A stretch of 64,000 bases of DNA. Source: the human T2T-CHM13v2.0 reference genome, Homo sapiens. Location: assembly GCF_009914755.1 (NCBI RefSeq), contig NC_060925.1; one strand, 5' to 3'. Shown piece by piece: positions 11,871-24,790 of the stretch. The notes beneath the pieces were generated by a model. It was given only the letters and a program-made list of their open reading frames with translations, was not told the DNA's origin and made no database searches. The stretch's first letter is position 1; each line of letters opens with the position of its first letter. The position numbers and the translations under genes are program-made.

Positions 11871-13639
11871 GAAAGCTGTATGAGTAGTTACTGCAAAAAG
11901 ATGACTAGATATAATACCTAATTTGTTTTAATGTATTGAAAAGGATTAAGTAATTGGCAGAGTGCTTGGATTTAAACTAGTGATACCGATAAAGAAAATT
12001 AAGCAAGCTATAAACGAGATAATTACTAACACCAGGAAAAATGGAAAGTTATGCAGAAAAGAAAATGACATCATATATCACATGACTCCAGGGTGAATAT
12101 TTTTGCATGGTTAAAATGAACATTGAATGTGAATCTAAGCAACGTTATAATATGCCTACATTAAGAGGATGAAGGATTGAAACTGTGTATGAATTTGCTG
12201 GAACCCAGGTGAAGGGAGAGGAAAGAGTGAGATTCTCATCTTCCATAGCTGGAAGTCAACAGTTAATGCCTAAATCTGAAATTAAGAAAGGCATGGTTTT
12301 GAAAGCAGGAAGCAGGGATAGTAGATTGCAGGAGGCAGAGAAACTGATCTTTTTCAAAACAATCCTTGTGGAAATAGTTGACTCTTAAAACTACGTGATG
12401 TATTAATTTGACAAGAAATCAAATTAAACAAGTCTATTTTTGAACACTTCATCATTTCCAGCCTAGATGCAATTTGATTTGGAAGCCTGGTGACACAGTT
12501 TATATTTTTTATTTATATACATACCCAGAAATGCTATAAATCAGTGTAGCATTGATATTTACATTAGTATTTCTAGACAGGAAATTCTGTGAAAGAGGTT
12601 ATAAATTTCTTAATTCTTATGTTGCAAAATGATGATTTCACAGATAAAGTACTATGTTTGCATTTGGTATTGTCTAATACTGCTGCTCTATTCTCAAAAA
12701 AACTAAAACTAAAACAAAAAAACAAAAAAACTCATAGCTTTCAGAATGAGGGGCCAAGTTTCAAGGATTGTTGCGAAACAATCTTTGGGTCATTTTTCTT
12801 TAAAAGGAGATTCTAAGGGTGCATTTAAACATGAAAAGTAGAATTTTGAAGACATGGAACCACAATTCTTACTAAGAAAAAGAACACATACTCTGTTTTA
12901 TGTGCTGATAATTCCGAAGGCCGCATTGAGATTTGGGAAAGTGTCCAATAAGACTACAACTTTGCAAAAAATATTTAAAACCAGCCATTACATTTTCACA
13001 CCTTTTCTTTTCACATTCCAGTTACACAGCAATAGTACTTGTAGTATTTTGCAGAAATACAATAGTAAGGCTTTGTTTCAGAATTTCAAGCCATTAAAAT
13101 TCTCATCATTCCAAAGTGTGGCTTTTATCAAATTCTGGGACTAGTTTCTGTTTATTTCCACAGAACATTGGAGCCCTATAAGGGTTGTTGTGAGGGCATC
13201 CCATTGAACTCGATCCCAGAGGCTCTCCTGCCTCTGGAGTGCTGTTCATTCCATTCTTCTCCCCAGAAATTTCTGCCTTTTCAGTTTTGACTTTCCAGCT
13301 TCTTTCTATTTCTCAAGGTCCAGCTCCCGATTATTTTCATTTGTAAGTCATCATTAGACCATTCCAGTTAGAAGTGTCTTACTTGTTGTATTGCTTTATA
13401 AGTTATTTTTAAATTATGTTGTAACTTCTTATACCGTAGCATTTGATATTAATTATTTACTGTAGTGTTTACTTTTAATTATATTTATGTTCATTTCTTA
13501 AAGTGAAAAGTAGCTCTTTGAGGGCAGGGACCATCTCCAATATATTTCTGTATCACTTCTGTGTGATATAAAAAATTATATCACTTCTGTGTGATATGAA
13601 TGTGCCTTCCCACACTCATTAAATCAACATTCAATAAAT

Positions 13640-15390
<1,751 letters not shown>

Positions 15391-15397
15391 AAAGAAC

Positions 15398-15552
15398 TTT
15401 ATATATATATATAAATATATTTATATTTTTATAAATATACATATAAATATATTTATAAAATATAAATATATTTATATTTTATAAATATATTTGTATGTAT
15501 TTATATTTGGTCTTAAATATATAAATATACATATATATGGTCTTAAATATGA
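15398..15552. repeat. AT-rich low-complexity tract containing a long palindrome
   Basis: Almost pure A/T with tataaatatattta units; perfect inverted symmetry over 15445-15492. Confidence 0.9.
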
Positions 15553-16060
15553 AACATGTGAATTGTATTATAAAGAAAAAGGCATTCCTTCTCAATTGAA
15601 TTTATAATGGAATTTACTGAGGCATCATTGAAAAATATGAATGAATCCAGAAATTCTTTGCTTTGCTAGGTGGACAAGATTTTCCAGGAAGGAAGTCTTG
15701 GTAAATTGTACAGGGAGATCCAGGCAAAAGATATATGTACTCTTATTTTTATCATAGCCCTAAAATAATTTTATTCATATAAAGATTGAATGAGTGTTTT
15801 TGAATTGGTGTTTAGTCAGTTATCCTGTAAAAATTTATTTAATAAGTATTTTTTTAGCACTAGAGATATATAGATAGGAAAAACAGACACAGTTCTTGCG
15901 TTATTATTATTAAAAAACAGTAAATGGGTGGGATTATTAATTTTATGTGTCAACTTGACTGGGTCACCACAGAGTGCCCAAATATTTGGTCAAACATTAT
16001 GCTGCGTGTGTCTGTGAGAATGCTTTTGGATGAGATTCACATTTGAATCTGTAGACTGAG

Positions 16061-16442
16061 TGTATTAGTACATTTTTCAAGCCGCTACAAATAACTGCCT
16101 GAGACTGGATAATTTATAAAGAAAAGATGTTTGATTTACTCACAGTTCAGCATGGCTGGGGAGTCCTCAGGAAACTTAGAATTAAAGAACTTACAATTAA
16201 AGAACAGCATGGGATCTTCTTCACAAGGCAGTAGGAAGGAGAATGAACGCAGGAGGAACTACCAAACACTTATAAAACCATCAGATCTCATGAGAACTCA
16301 CTCATTATCATGAAAACAGCATGGGAGAAACTGCCCTCATGAATCAATTACCTCCATCTGGTCTCTCCCTTGACACATAGGGATTATGGGGATTATAATT
16401 CAATATGAGATTTGGGTGGGGACACAAAGCCTAACCATATCC
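16061..16442 (-). mobile_element. THE1 (C/D-like) MaLR solo LTR
   Basis: tgtattagt...gcctgagactggataatttataaagaaaaga...aaaccatcagatctcatgagaactcactc...gagatttgggtggggacacaaagcctaaccatatc, with 5-bp flanks ctgag/ctgtg. Confidence 0.92.
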
Positions 16443-16814
16443 CTGTGTAAAACAAGTTGTCCTCCGTGTCAGTGGACCTCATTTAATCATTTGAAAGCCT
16501 GAATAAAACAAAAAGGCTGACGCTCCTGTGAATAAGAGTGAATTCCTTATGCATGAATGCCTTCTAACCAGGACATCAGATTTTTTTCTGCCTTTGCATT
16601 CTAACTGAAACCTCAACTATTCCTGGGTCTTGAGACTGCTAGCCTTTGAGCAGGAACTGCCCTATCATCTATCTCATTTCTCATGCCTTTGGACTCAAAG
16701 TGGAATCATAATATTGGATCTCTTTGGTCTCCAACCCGCTAACTGCACATCTTGCAACTTCTCAGACTCCATAATCACATTAAACAATTTCTTAAAATAA
16801 ATCTCTCTATTTCA

Positions 16815-16837
16815 TATCTATTATCTATCTATCTATC

Positions 16838-16883
<46 letters not shown>

Positions 16884-16926
16884 GTATCTATCTATCATCT
16901 AAATTTACCATCCATCCATCCATCCA
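16815..16926. repeat. (TCTA)n/(TCCA)n compound tetranucleotide STR
   Basis: Tandem tcta units followed by tcca units, seen directly. Confidence 0.95.
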
Positions 16927-17414
16927 TGCATCTGTTGGTTCTGTGTCTCTGGAAAACCTAGACTAATACAGCAGTTTTGAAATTGTTACAGAGGAAAAGT
17001 TAAGGATTCATGGGAAGCATATAACATATAATGGGAAACCAAACACAGTTTGAGGGTTACAAGAGATTTCTTGGGGGAGGTGACGTTTAAGTAGGGGGCT
17101 AAATGATGGGTAGGAGTTAGGGAGGCAAAGAAAAAATAAGGAAAAACAAAACGTGTTAAGGCCCTGGAAGATGAAGATAGGAAGGGGTTGAAATATTTTA
17201 AATTCATGATCCACTGAGTTATCCGTACATCTTGGTATAGTTCTCAACATTATTATACATAAATAGTTGTTGGTATTAATTAGGATTCTGAGAACTTTGT
17301 ATGTATGTATTTAATTGGCTTGGTCAATAGTTAGCACTCAGGATATACTTACTGAAAATAAACATAAATATGAAAAAAAAGTTTTAAATTCCTTTAAAAA
17401 CATGAGTTCCCTAG

Positions 17415-17883
17415 TGTATTGGTCTGCTCAGCCTGCCATACTGAAATATTAGATTGGTGCAAAAGTAATTGCGGGTTTTACCATTAAAACCCGCAATTAC
17501 TTTTGCACCAATCTAATATCATAGACTGGGTGATTTAAACAACTGTGAATTTATTTCTCATAGTTCTGGAGGCTTAGAAATCCAAGATCAAGTGCCAGTA
17601 AGGTAGATTTCATTCTCAAGCCTGTTTCCTTGATGTATAGGCAGCCACCACCTCACAGTGTGTTCACATGGCATCTCCTCTTCTTTGTGCAGGCAGAGAG
17701 TGTGAAAGAGTGCACACTGGCATCTCTTCTTAAAAGTACACTAATCCTATTGAATCAGAGCCCTTTCTTTATGACTATGTAACCTTAGTTACCTTCTTAT
17801 GGACCCTATCTGCAAATACAATCACATTGGGGGTTAGGGTTTCAACATATGAATTTTGGAAGTACACAATTCAGCCCATGGTA
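17415..17883 (-). mobile_element. MLT1 (A/B-like) MaLR LTR (3' LTR of the adjacent internal region)
   Basis: atttatttctcatagttctggaggct...aatccaagatcaag...caaatacaatcacattgggggttagggtttcaacatatgaattttgg. Confidence 0.88.
17449..17516. mobile_element. MADE1 (Hsmar1 mariner MITE), centrally shortened, TA target duplication
   Basis: ttagattggtgcaaaagtaattgcggg...cccgcaattacttttgcaccaatctaa flanked by TA at 17447-17448 and 17517-17518. Confidence 0.96.
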
Positions 17884-18664
17884 TTCTGCTTCTTGTCCCC
17901 TCAAATGTATGTCCTTCTTGCATATAAAAGGCACAATTTTATCCCAACAGCTTGAACAGTGTTGTCTCATTCCAGCATCCATTCTAATACCTAAAATCTC
18001 ATCTCACTATTATCTAAATCAGATATGGGTGATACTCAAGGTATAAATTATCCTGAGGCAAAATTTTTCTCTACCTGTGAACCTGTAAAACCAGACAAGT
18101 TATGTACTTCCAAATACAATGGTGGGACAACCATAAAATAGACATTTTCATTCCAAAAGGAAAAAATTAGAAGGATGAAAGGGACAAAAGATAAAAGTTG
18201 CTTGCCAAAACTCAGCAAATTCCATTAGATCTTAGGGCTTGAGAACTCTCCTGTTTGGTCTGATGCTTTGTCCTCCAGGTACGCAGGGACGGCAGAATCA
18301 CTCATATGATCAGCTCCAAATCTCTGTGGCAACCACAGCCCTTGGCTTTAGTAGGGTGGCCCCAGCCATGCAGTTTTCTGAGGTGTCTGCCTGGCCTGTT
18401 GAAACTGATGGGAAATCAGCCTAGCCTCATTAGCCTGTCAGGGGAGTGGCAGCCCTAATGATCTCTGAAACATCATCAGGGCCATTCTTCCCTTTCATTC
18501 CTGACATCTAGTTTCCATTGCCTTCAGTTCAAACTGGCGGTGTTTTTGCTTATATAATGCCGTAATCTCTTTATTGAGTGATAGTCCAGACACACCTTTA
18601 GTGTTCTCTTCTAAACAAGCTTTCTTATTGTTATAATATGAACTGGCTGAGAATTTTTCAAATT

Positions 18665-18700
<36 letters not shown>

Positions 18701-19058
18701 TTCTTTCCTTTGCTTAAATATTCCTTCTTCAATTTATCGTTTTCCTCTTCCATTTTACTATTAACAGTCAGGAGGACCCAAGCTACATTCTCAACTCTGC
18801 TTAGAAATCTCTTCAGTTAAATATGCAGTTTTATGGCTTGTAGAGTTTATCTTCCACAAAACACTAGCACACAGTTCAGTCAGTTCTTTGTCATTCTATA
18901 ACAAGGATCACTATTCCTCCAGCTTCAAATAACCTGTTTTTCATTTCTGTCTCAGACCTTACCACAACAACCTTTATCCATTATCCAGTTCCAAAGCCAC
19001 TTCCACATATTTGAGAAATATTTTACAGTAGCACCCCACTTCTGGTACCAAAATATTC
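17884..19058 (-). mobile_element. MLT1 internal sequence (MaLR-int)
   Basis: Abuts the LTR; contains ttccaaatacaatggtgggaca and ttccaaagccacttccacat...gcaccccacttctggtaccaaaat, the characteristic MaLR-int start on the minus strand. Confidence 0.85.
18663..18707. repeat. (TTTC)n microsatellite
   Basis: Tandem tttc units seen directly. Confidence 0.9.
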
Positions 19059-19060
19059 TA

Positions 19061-21182
19061 CACTGCCTTCTCTCTCCCTGCCTACATCTGGGAGAGATGG
19101 GGAATTCCCTACAATCAGTGGATAGTAGAAGGGAGGACTCAGACCTGGCTTACAGATGTATGATATGCAAGCACCACCCAAAAAGTGGACAACTGCTGGA
19201 CTATAACCTCTTTCTGGAACATCCCTGAAGGACAGTGGTGAAGTGAAATACCCCCAGTGGGTAGAAATTTGAACAGTGCATCTGATTGTTCACTTTGCTT
19301 GGAAGGAGAACTGGTCGGGTGTGTGACTTTATACTAATTCATGAGGTGTTGCGTGTTGTTTGGCTGGATGGTCAGGAAATTGGAAGGAACCTAATTGGAA
19401 AATTAGTGACAAGGAAATCTGCAGGATGGGTATGGAGAGAAACCTCTCTTAATGGGCAAAAATCATAAAGGTATTTGCTGCCCATGTGAATGTTCACCAA
19501 AGGGTGACTCGGTAGACAAAAACTGTAATAATCATATGTATAAGATGACCTATTCTGTGGATGTCAGTCAGCCTCTTTCCCCAGCACACCTACCAGTGCT
19601 CAGCGGGCTCATGAAGAAAGTGATCATGGTGGCAGAGATGGAGGTTATGTATGGGTTTAGCAACATGGGCACATTCACAAAGGCCAACCTGCCTACAGCC
19701 ACTGTTGAGTGCCCAATCTACCAGCAACAGAGACCAACACTGAGTTGCTGATATAACACCGTTCCCCGGAGTGATCAGCTAGGTGGCAGGTTGATTACGT
19801 TACATCACTTCCATTATGAGAAGGGCAGCATTTTGTTCTTATTAAAATAGATACTTACTCTGTCTCCATATTCGCCTCCTTTACATGTACTGCTTCTGCC
19901 AAAACTACTATCCATGGACTTACAGAATGCCTTATACACCATCTTGCTATTCTATACAGTATTGCTTCAGATGTAGGAACTGACTCCACAGCAAATGAAG
20001 TGTGGCAATGGGCCCACACTCATGGAATTAACTGATCTTATCTTGTTCCCCATCGTTCTGAAACAGCTGGCTTAATAGATGGTGGAGTGGCCTTTTGAAG
20101 TCACAGGTATTGCCAGGTAGGTGTTAATACCTGGCACAAGGTTCTCCAGATGGCTGTTTATGTTCTGAATCAGCATCAAATAAATATGCTGTTTTTTTCA
20201 TAGGCAGGATTTATGGCTCCAGGAACCAAGGGATAGAATTGGGAGTAGCAGCACTCACTATTACTCTTAGCAATCACTAGCAATTTTTTTTTTTGCTTTT
20301 ATTTCCCCATGGTCTTATGCTTTGCTGGCCTAGAGGTGTTAGTTTCAAAGGAAGGAATGCCACCACCATGAGATAACAATAATTCCTTCAAACTGGAAGT
20401 GAAACTGCTACCCAGCCCCTTTGGGCTCCTCATGTCTCTGAATCAACAAGTGAAGAAAGGAGTTAATGTGCTAATGAGGTGATTAATGATGACTACCAAG
20501 GAGCAATGGGTCTACAATTCCAAATTGGAGGTAAGGAAGAGTATGTGTGGAATACAGGAGATCTTTGAAGGCATCTCTCAGTATTATCATGTCCTATGAT
20601 TAAGGACAGTGGAATACAACTGAATACAGGCAGTACTGCTAATGGCCTGGACCCTTCAGGAATGAAGGTATGGGCCACTCCACCAGTTAAAGAATTACAA
20701 CCAGCAGAGTTGCTCGCTGAAGGAAAAAGGAAGACAGAATGGGGAGTGGAAGAAATTAGTCACAAATACCAGCAATGATTACCTGGCCAGTTACAGGAAT
20801 AAGGATGACATTTCTCATGAGTATTTTCTTTTCATTTTGGTTTGAATATATTTTGTGTATGTGTTTGTGGTTTGTGTGTATATATTAAGCAAATCTCTTT
20901 CCTCTCTTACTTCCTTATCACGTAACATAAGACATATTGACCCTATAGTGTTTAAGCCTTGTTCATTTTACATCATAGTATTTAAGTTATGAAATATCAA
21001 AGAGAAGAGTAAATGTCACTTAAAAACTTTATCTCCTCTTCTGGGAAAGAGGTTAGTATGTTTGGTTGTATATAGAATAGTCATACCACGTAAGGCAGAA
21101 TAACCTTGTTATTGTCTTTATTTTGACATTAAGTATGATATAAGGAGATGTGTATGGGTGCAAAGTTGACAAGGCATGGGCT
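19061..21182 (+). pseudogene. pol: ERVL/HERV-L-type internal region: decayed pol (RNase H, integrase) and dUTPase, with many stops and frameshifts
   Basis: Translated fragments match ERVL Pol as I recall it: SLKDSGE..QW, HVNVHQRVTR, TKANLPTATVECPIYQQQRPTLS (integrase Zn-finger, ORF 19452..19751), dUTPase-like GGKEEYVWNTGD near 20530, and GLDPSGMKVWATPP...AEGKRKTEW (ORF 20596..20778). Confidence 0.92.
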
Positions 21183-21500
21183 TGTGATGGTTAACTTTAT
21201 GTCAACTTGATTGGATCAGGAACTGCTCAGATATTTGGTTAAGCATTATTTATGCCTTTCATCTCAAACTGAAACATCAGCTTGTCTCGGGTCTTGAGTC
21301 GGCCAGCTTTCAGTCTGGAACTTACACCTTTGGCTCGCCTGGTTCTCAGGTCTTTGGACTCAGACTGGAATTACACTATGGGCTCTCCTAGGTCATCAGT
21401 TTGCCAACTGCATGTCTTGGGAGTTCTTGGCCTCTGTAATTGCATGCAGCAATTCCTTATACTGTTTATTCTGTTTCTCTGGAGAACCCTGACTAATATA
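21183..21500 (+). mobile_element. MLT2 3' LTR of the ERVL, internally deleted
   Basis: tgtgatggttaactttatgtcaacttgattgg ... ttctgtttctctggagaaccctgactaata, preceded by the PPT-like aagttgacaaggcatgggc. Confidence 0.9.
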
Positions 21501-22617
21501 CATAGTTATCAAAAGATAGATATCATTTCTGGTTAAGGCTGAGAGGCTATAGGAGACTACTGCTATTTAAAACATGTGGTCATCTGGAAAAATATTTTTA
21601 ATAGTAATAAAATAGGATTATTGAGAACTGAGAGAACTAGGTTATTTATATATATTTTTTTCAAGTTGGTTCTACAAAATTTACCACATTCTTAGTCGCC
21701 ATCTTGCCTTTGACTAGAATTTAAGTTATCTGAGAGTTATGATTCATGATATCAGCAGGTGCTAAATCAACACCTATTGATGAATTAATTAATTGTGCTA
21801 TTGTGGAATTGATATCTAAAAAAAAAAAAAACCTGTCTCAGAAAACAATAAAACTTTTGAAGAATATACCTCAAACTGAATTTAAAGAGTTTCAGCAGAA
21901 ATAAATACACTTGGTGACATGGAGATGCCTGTTTCCTCATGTACAGCTTAGTTTATAATGCACCAAGAATCCTTCCCCCAAAGACTTTGACCAGAAAAAT
22001 AAAGTTGCTTCAGATTCATCCAAAAGGTAAAAATCCAATTTTAAAATATCACATAGAAATGGTTCAGTAGCTGTTTCAGTTTTTCTGTAGATGGCATGAT
22101 CTTGTTCCTCCAGAGAGGTGGTCAGACTGTGAAACCTAACTTCCACTAGCTAGGTTTATCTGCACTGCATAAGTTTAAGCACTGTCACCTGCAGAGAGAG
22201 GCTGGAAAACCTAAATAATGTAGCAGGATATCTGTGGGGAGCCACACACACCATATGAAGGGCAAGAGAGTCTCATTTCTCAGAAACCAGTTTCTCCTAA
22301 ACACTCACACATCACCTTCTGTAATCAAAGATGAATGCCTAAAAATTTGCACAGTTATAGAATGCAGTGTTGCACTTAGTTTTTGATGTTTCCGGTATGC
22401 AACAGAAAAAGTTTCAAGAGAAGGAATCCAAGAGATCTGTATCTGCAGCATTCAGCACTTGTAAAACTGTGTCATAAAGCACGTGTCTCAATTTCTATTT
22501 GTATAGTCTCTCTCCAGGGAAATGTGTACAACAATTTTCTTTTCTGAGAGTTGAATTCAGAATCTGGTGAATGCTGAAAATGGTGCTTCTGTGTCTTTTG
22601 TATCAATAATGATGATG

Positions 22618-22700
22618 TCCCATCTCTAAATACCATCACAATGGGGATTAGGATTCAACATATGAATTTTGAGAGTACACAGACATTGAGTCCATAGCAA
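22618..22700 (-). mobile_element. MLT1A/MST LTR terminal fragment
   Basis: aataccatcacaatggggattaggattcaacatatgaattttgagagtacacagacattgagtccatagca. Confidence 0.75.
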
Positions 22701-24589
22701 TGCTTAATAGACGTTTTCATAGGCTGTCCTAAATCTGTATTAAGGCATTAGTAAACAGCCATTGTAGAAAACATAGCACAAAGATTGGTGGCTCAACATC
22801 AAAGAAGAGGAAATTTATATGGAAAATTTTAGAATGCATCTAGAAACTTGTGAAGTAAACCTCACAAGGGGAATTGCTCTGTGCAAAGGATAATTGAAAC
22901 AAATGTGGAATGCCTAAATAAATAAATTAATTGAAGGGATATTTATGATTTTATTGTAAACTCATTCATTAACCAGTTTTGTTTTACTGTTCTGTTTACT
23001 TTTAATTCCTAGTACAATATTCTTTTACCTTGGTTTTAACATTGAATACATTACAGTAAGGTTAATTATGAGATTTGTGATGCAGTCAGGCAATATTTAT
23101 GAAGCAGCATGTACAACACCTCTCTCTCTCTTTCCAAATTCCCCGTGCCGCTTATTTGGGTGGTAAAAAGAGTTGATTAGTAATGATCTAATAGTGAGAT
23201 AATGTCATGTGAAAGGGTTTATTATATTAATAATAAATTTAAGTTCAGGACCATTTACTCTTTATGTGTTTCTGGGAGTTTGAAGTCAAACAATTAGTAG
23301 GAATGTCAAGAGTTTGTAAATAAAAGAATGTTTGATTCAAGCATTAGGGTCAATGGACCCTTGAAGATAAATGAGAATAATTGACTCTGATATACCAGGA
23401 TCAAAAAAGCTGAAGCATATTATAATTTCCTCGAAGTCCAGGAAAATGTATAGATTTCAGTGATAAACTCCTGGCTATTGCTGAGTAACAGGGAAGTGAT
23501 TTAAATAGCCAAATAGATTTTTGCATTAAATAGGAAAACAACGCCTCCACACCCACCATAGCTGGTCTGTGAGTTTGTTAATTACATACATTTTTAAAAC
23601 CAAACATCAGTCTGCTTGACTTAACTTAAAGATTTATGACAGACTTTATTTTCCCTTGAATTGATTGTTCCACTAAATTAACCAGATAAAACTATTATCC
23701 TTTGAATCTCTAAATCAATCCAAGAATTCCCAAATTCTCAATCAAATTTCCCTGGGAGACCATTAATTTTAATTATTGGTGTGATGTTTGAGAAAAAGAA
23801 TTAAAATAATCAGCAGAAACTACTTTTTAAATAAAAGGTGAATCAAAAATCATATATTTAAAATAATTTCCAAGTCATCCCAGTAAGCAGATGAAAGAAT
23901 TTATGGAGTTTTCTATCTAGCATATAATTTCTCCAAAATGGATATTCTAGATTATTTTTCTCTATCTCAGGATTTCAGAATAGACCTCTAACTCTCAAAT
24001 GTTGGCTACCCCCTCTGTAAATTATCTTCTTATGAGGTAGAGGCACATACAATTTTCTATGGCTGTTTTAGAATTTGAATATAAAAGCCCATATCTGTAA
24101 GTGGCCTTACCAATGAAATTGAGTAATTCACTAATGCATCTATAATCAAAGCTAGACCCTAGGGAAGAGCTAGAACTTAGTATGGTTTCATACAGAATGC
24201 TTTCCATTTGATTGGGCCATTTACTGGCTACAATTGATGAAAACAATTCACTTTGGTTAAAACTGTTCGTTGAAGGTTATTTTACTTTAATAAACATAGA
24301 TGACATTCATACATATTTGTAAAGTAATGTACTTAAACCTCTCAATGGGAATTAAAGGCAATAATATTTAGGGAATTGCCATTTGTCAAATGCTTAGGCA
24401 TTTTATGTATGTGATTTTTTCCCCCTATCCATTGCTTTCTCACTATTCCTCCCAGCCTCCACTCTACCTCACCTCATCCAATCCCCCTTAACCATCCTGG
24501 ACCCAAAGAATCTGAAACTAAGTTCACGGAGTAGATTTATACTCTAAGGTGGAAAAAATACAAGCGTTCTCTCACTTTGTGAGGGAATG

Positions 24590-24790
24590 CTTCTTGGCAT
24601 TTATCAAGTGTTTATTACTTGTCAGTCTGTGTTCATTAATTATGAGATTGATAATAAATTAGTACCATTTAGTAGATCGAGACATTGAGACACAAAGAGG
24701 TTAACAACTGGCCCAAATTTACAGTTCCTGACTGCAGAGTGAGGATATAAGACCAGTTAGTGTAGGTCTTTACCCTTTATCACTGTGCTT
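24590..24790 (-). mobile_element. MIR SINE
   Basis: Degenerate core: ccattttagtagatcgagacattgagacacaaagaggttaacaactggcccaa. Confidence 0.65.

Larger units (their letters stand above)
9430..12430 (+). mobile_element. HAL1-like (half-L1) or old L1M ORF1-region element, interrupted by L1PA and Alu
   Basis: A-rich decayed ORF1-like sequence (ttccagagctgaaggacatgaattaagattga; atgctttcaaaattttgaggaa) ending in the HAL1-like 3' end atagttgactcttaaaactacgtgatgtattaatttgacaagaaatcaaattaaa. Confidence 0.65.
15925..16970 (+). mobile_element. MLT2 (ERVL) solo LTR, interrupted by a THE1-type LTR
   Basis: Begins ttaattttatgtgtcaacttgactggg and ends ggttctgtgtctctggaaaacctagactaataca; has the internal (TCTA)n typical of MLT2. 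Confidence 0.9.

Noticed and set aside
15925-21500. The two MLT2 LTRs as the 5' and 3' LTRs of one ERVL provirus
   Set aside because: The sequence after the first LTR (16971 onward) is L2-like rather than ERVL PBS/gag, so the first LTR looks like an independent solo LTR.
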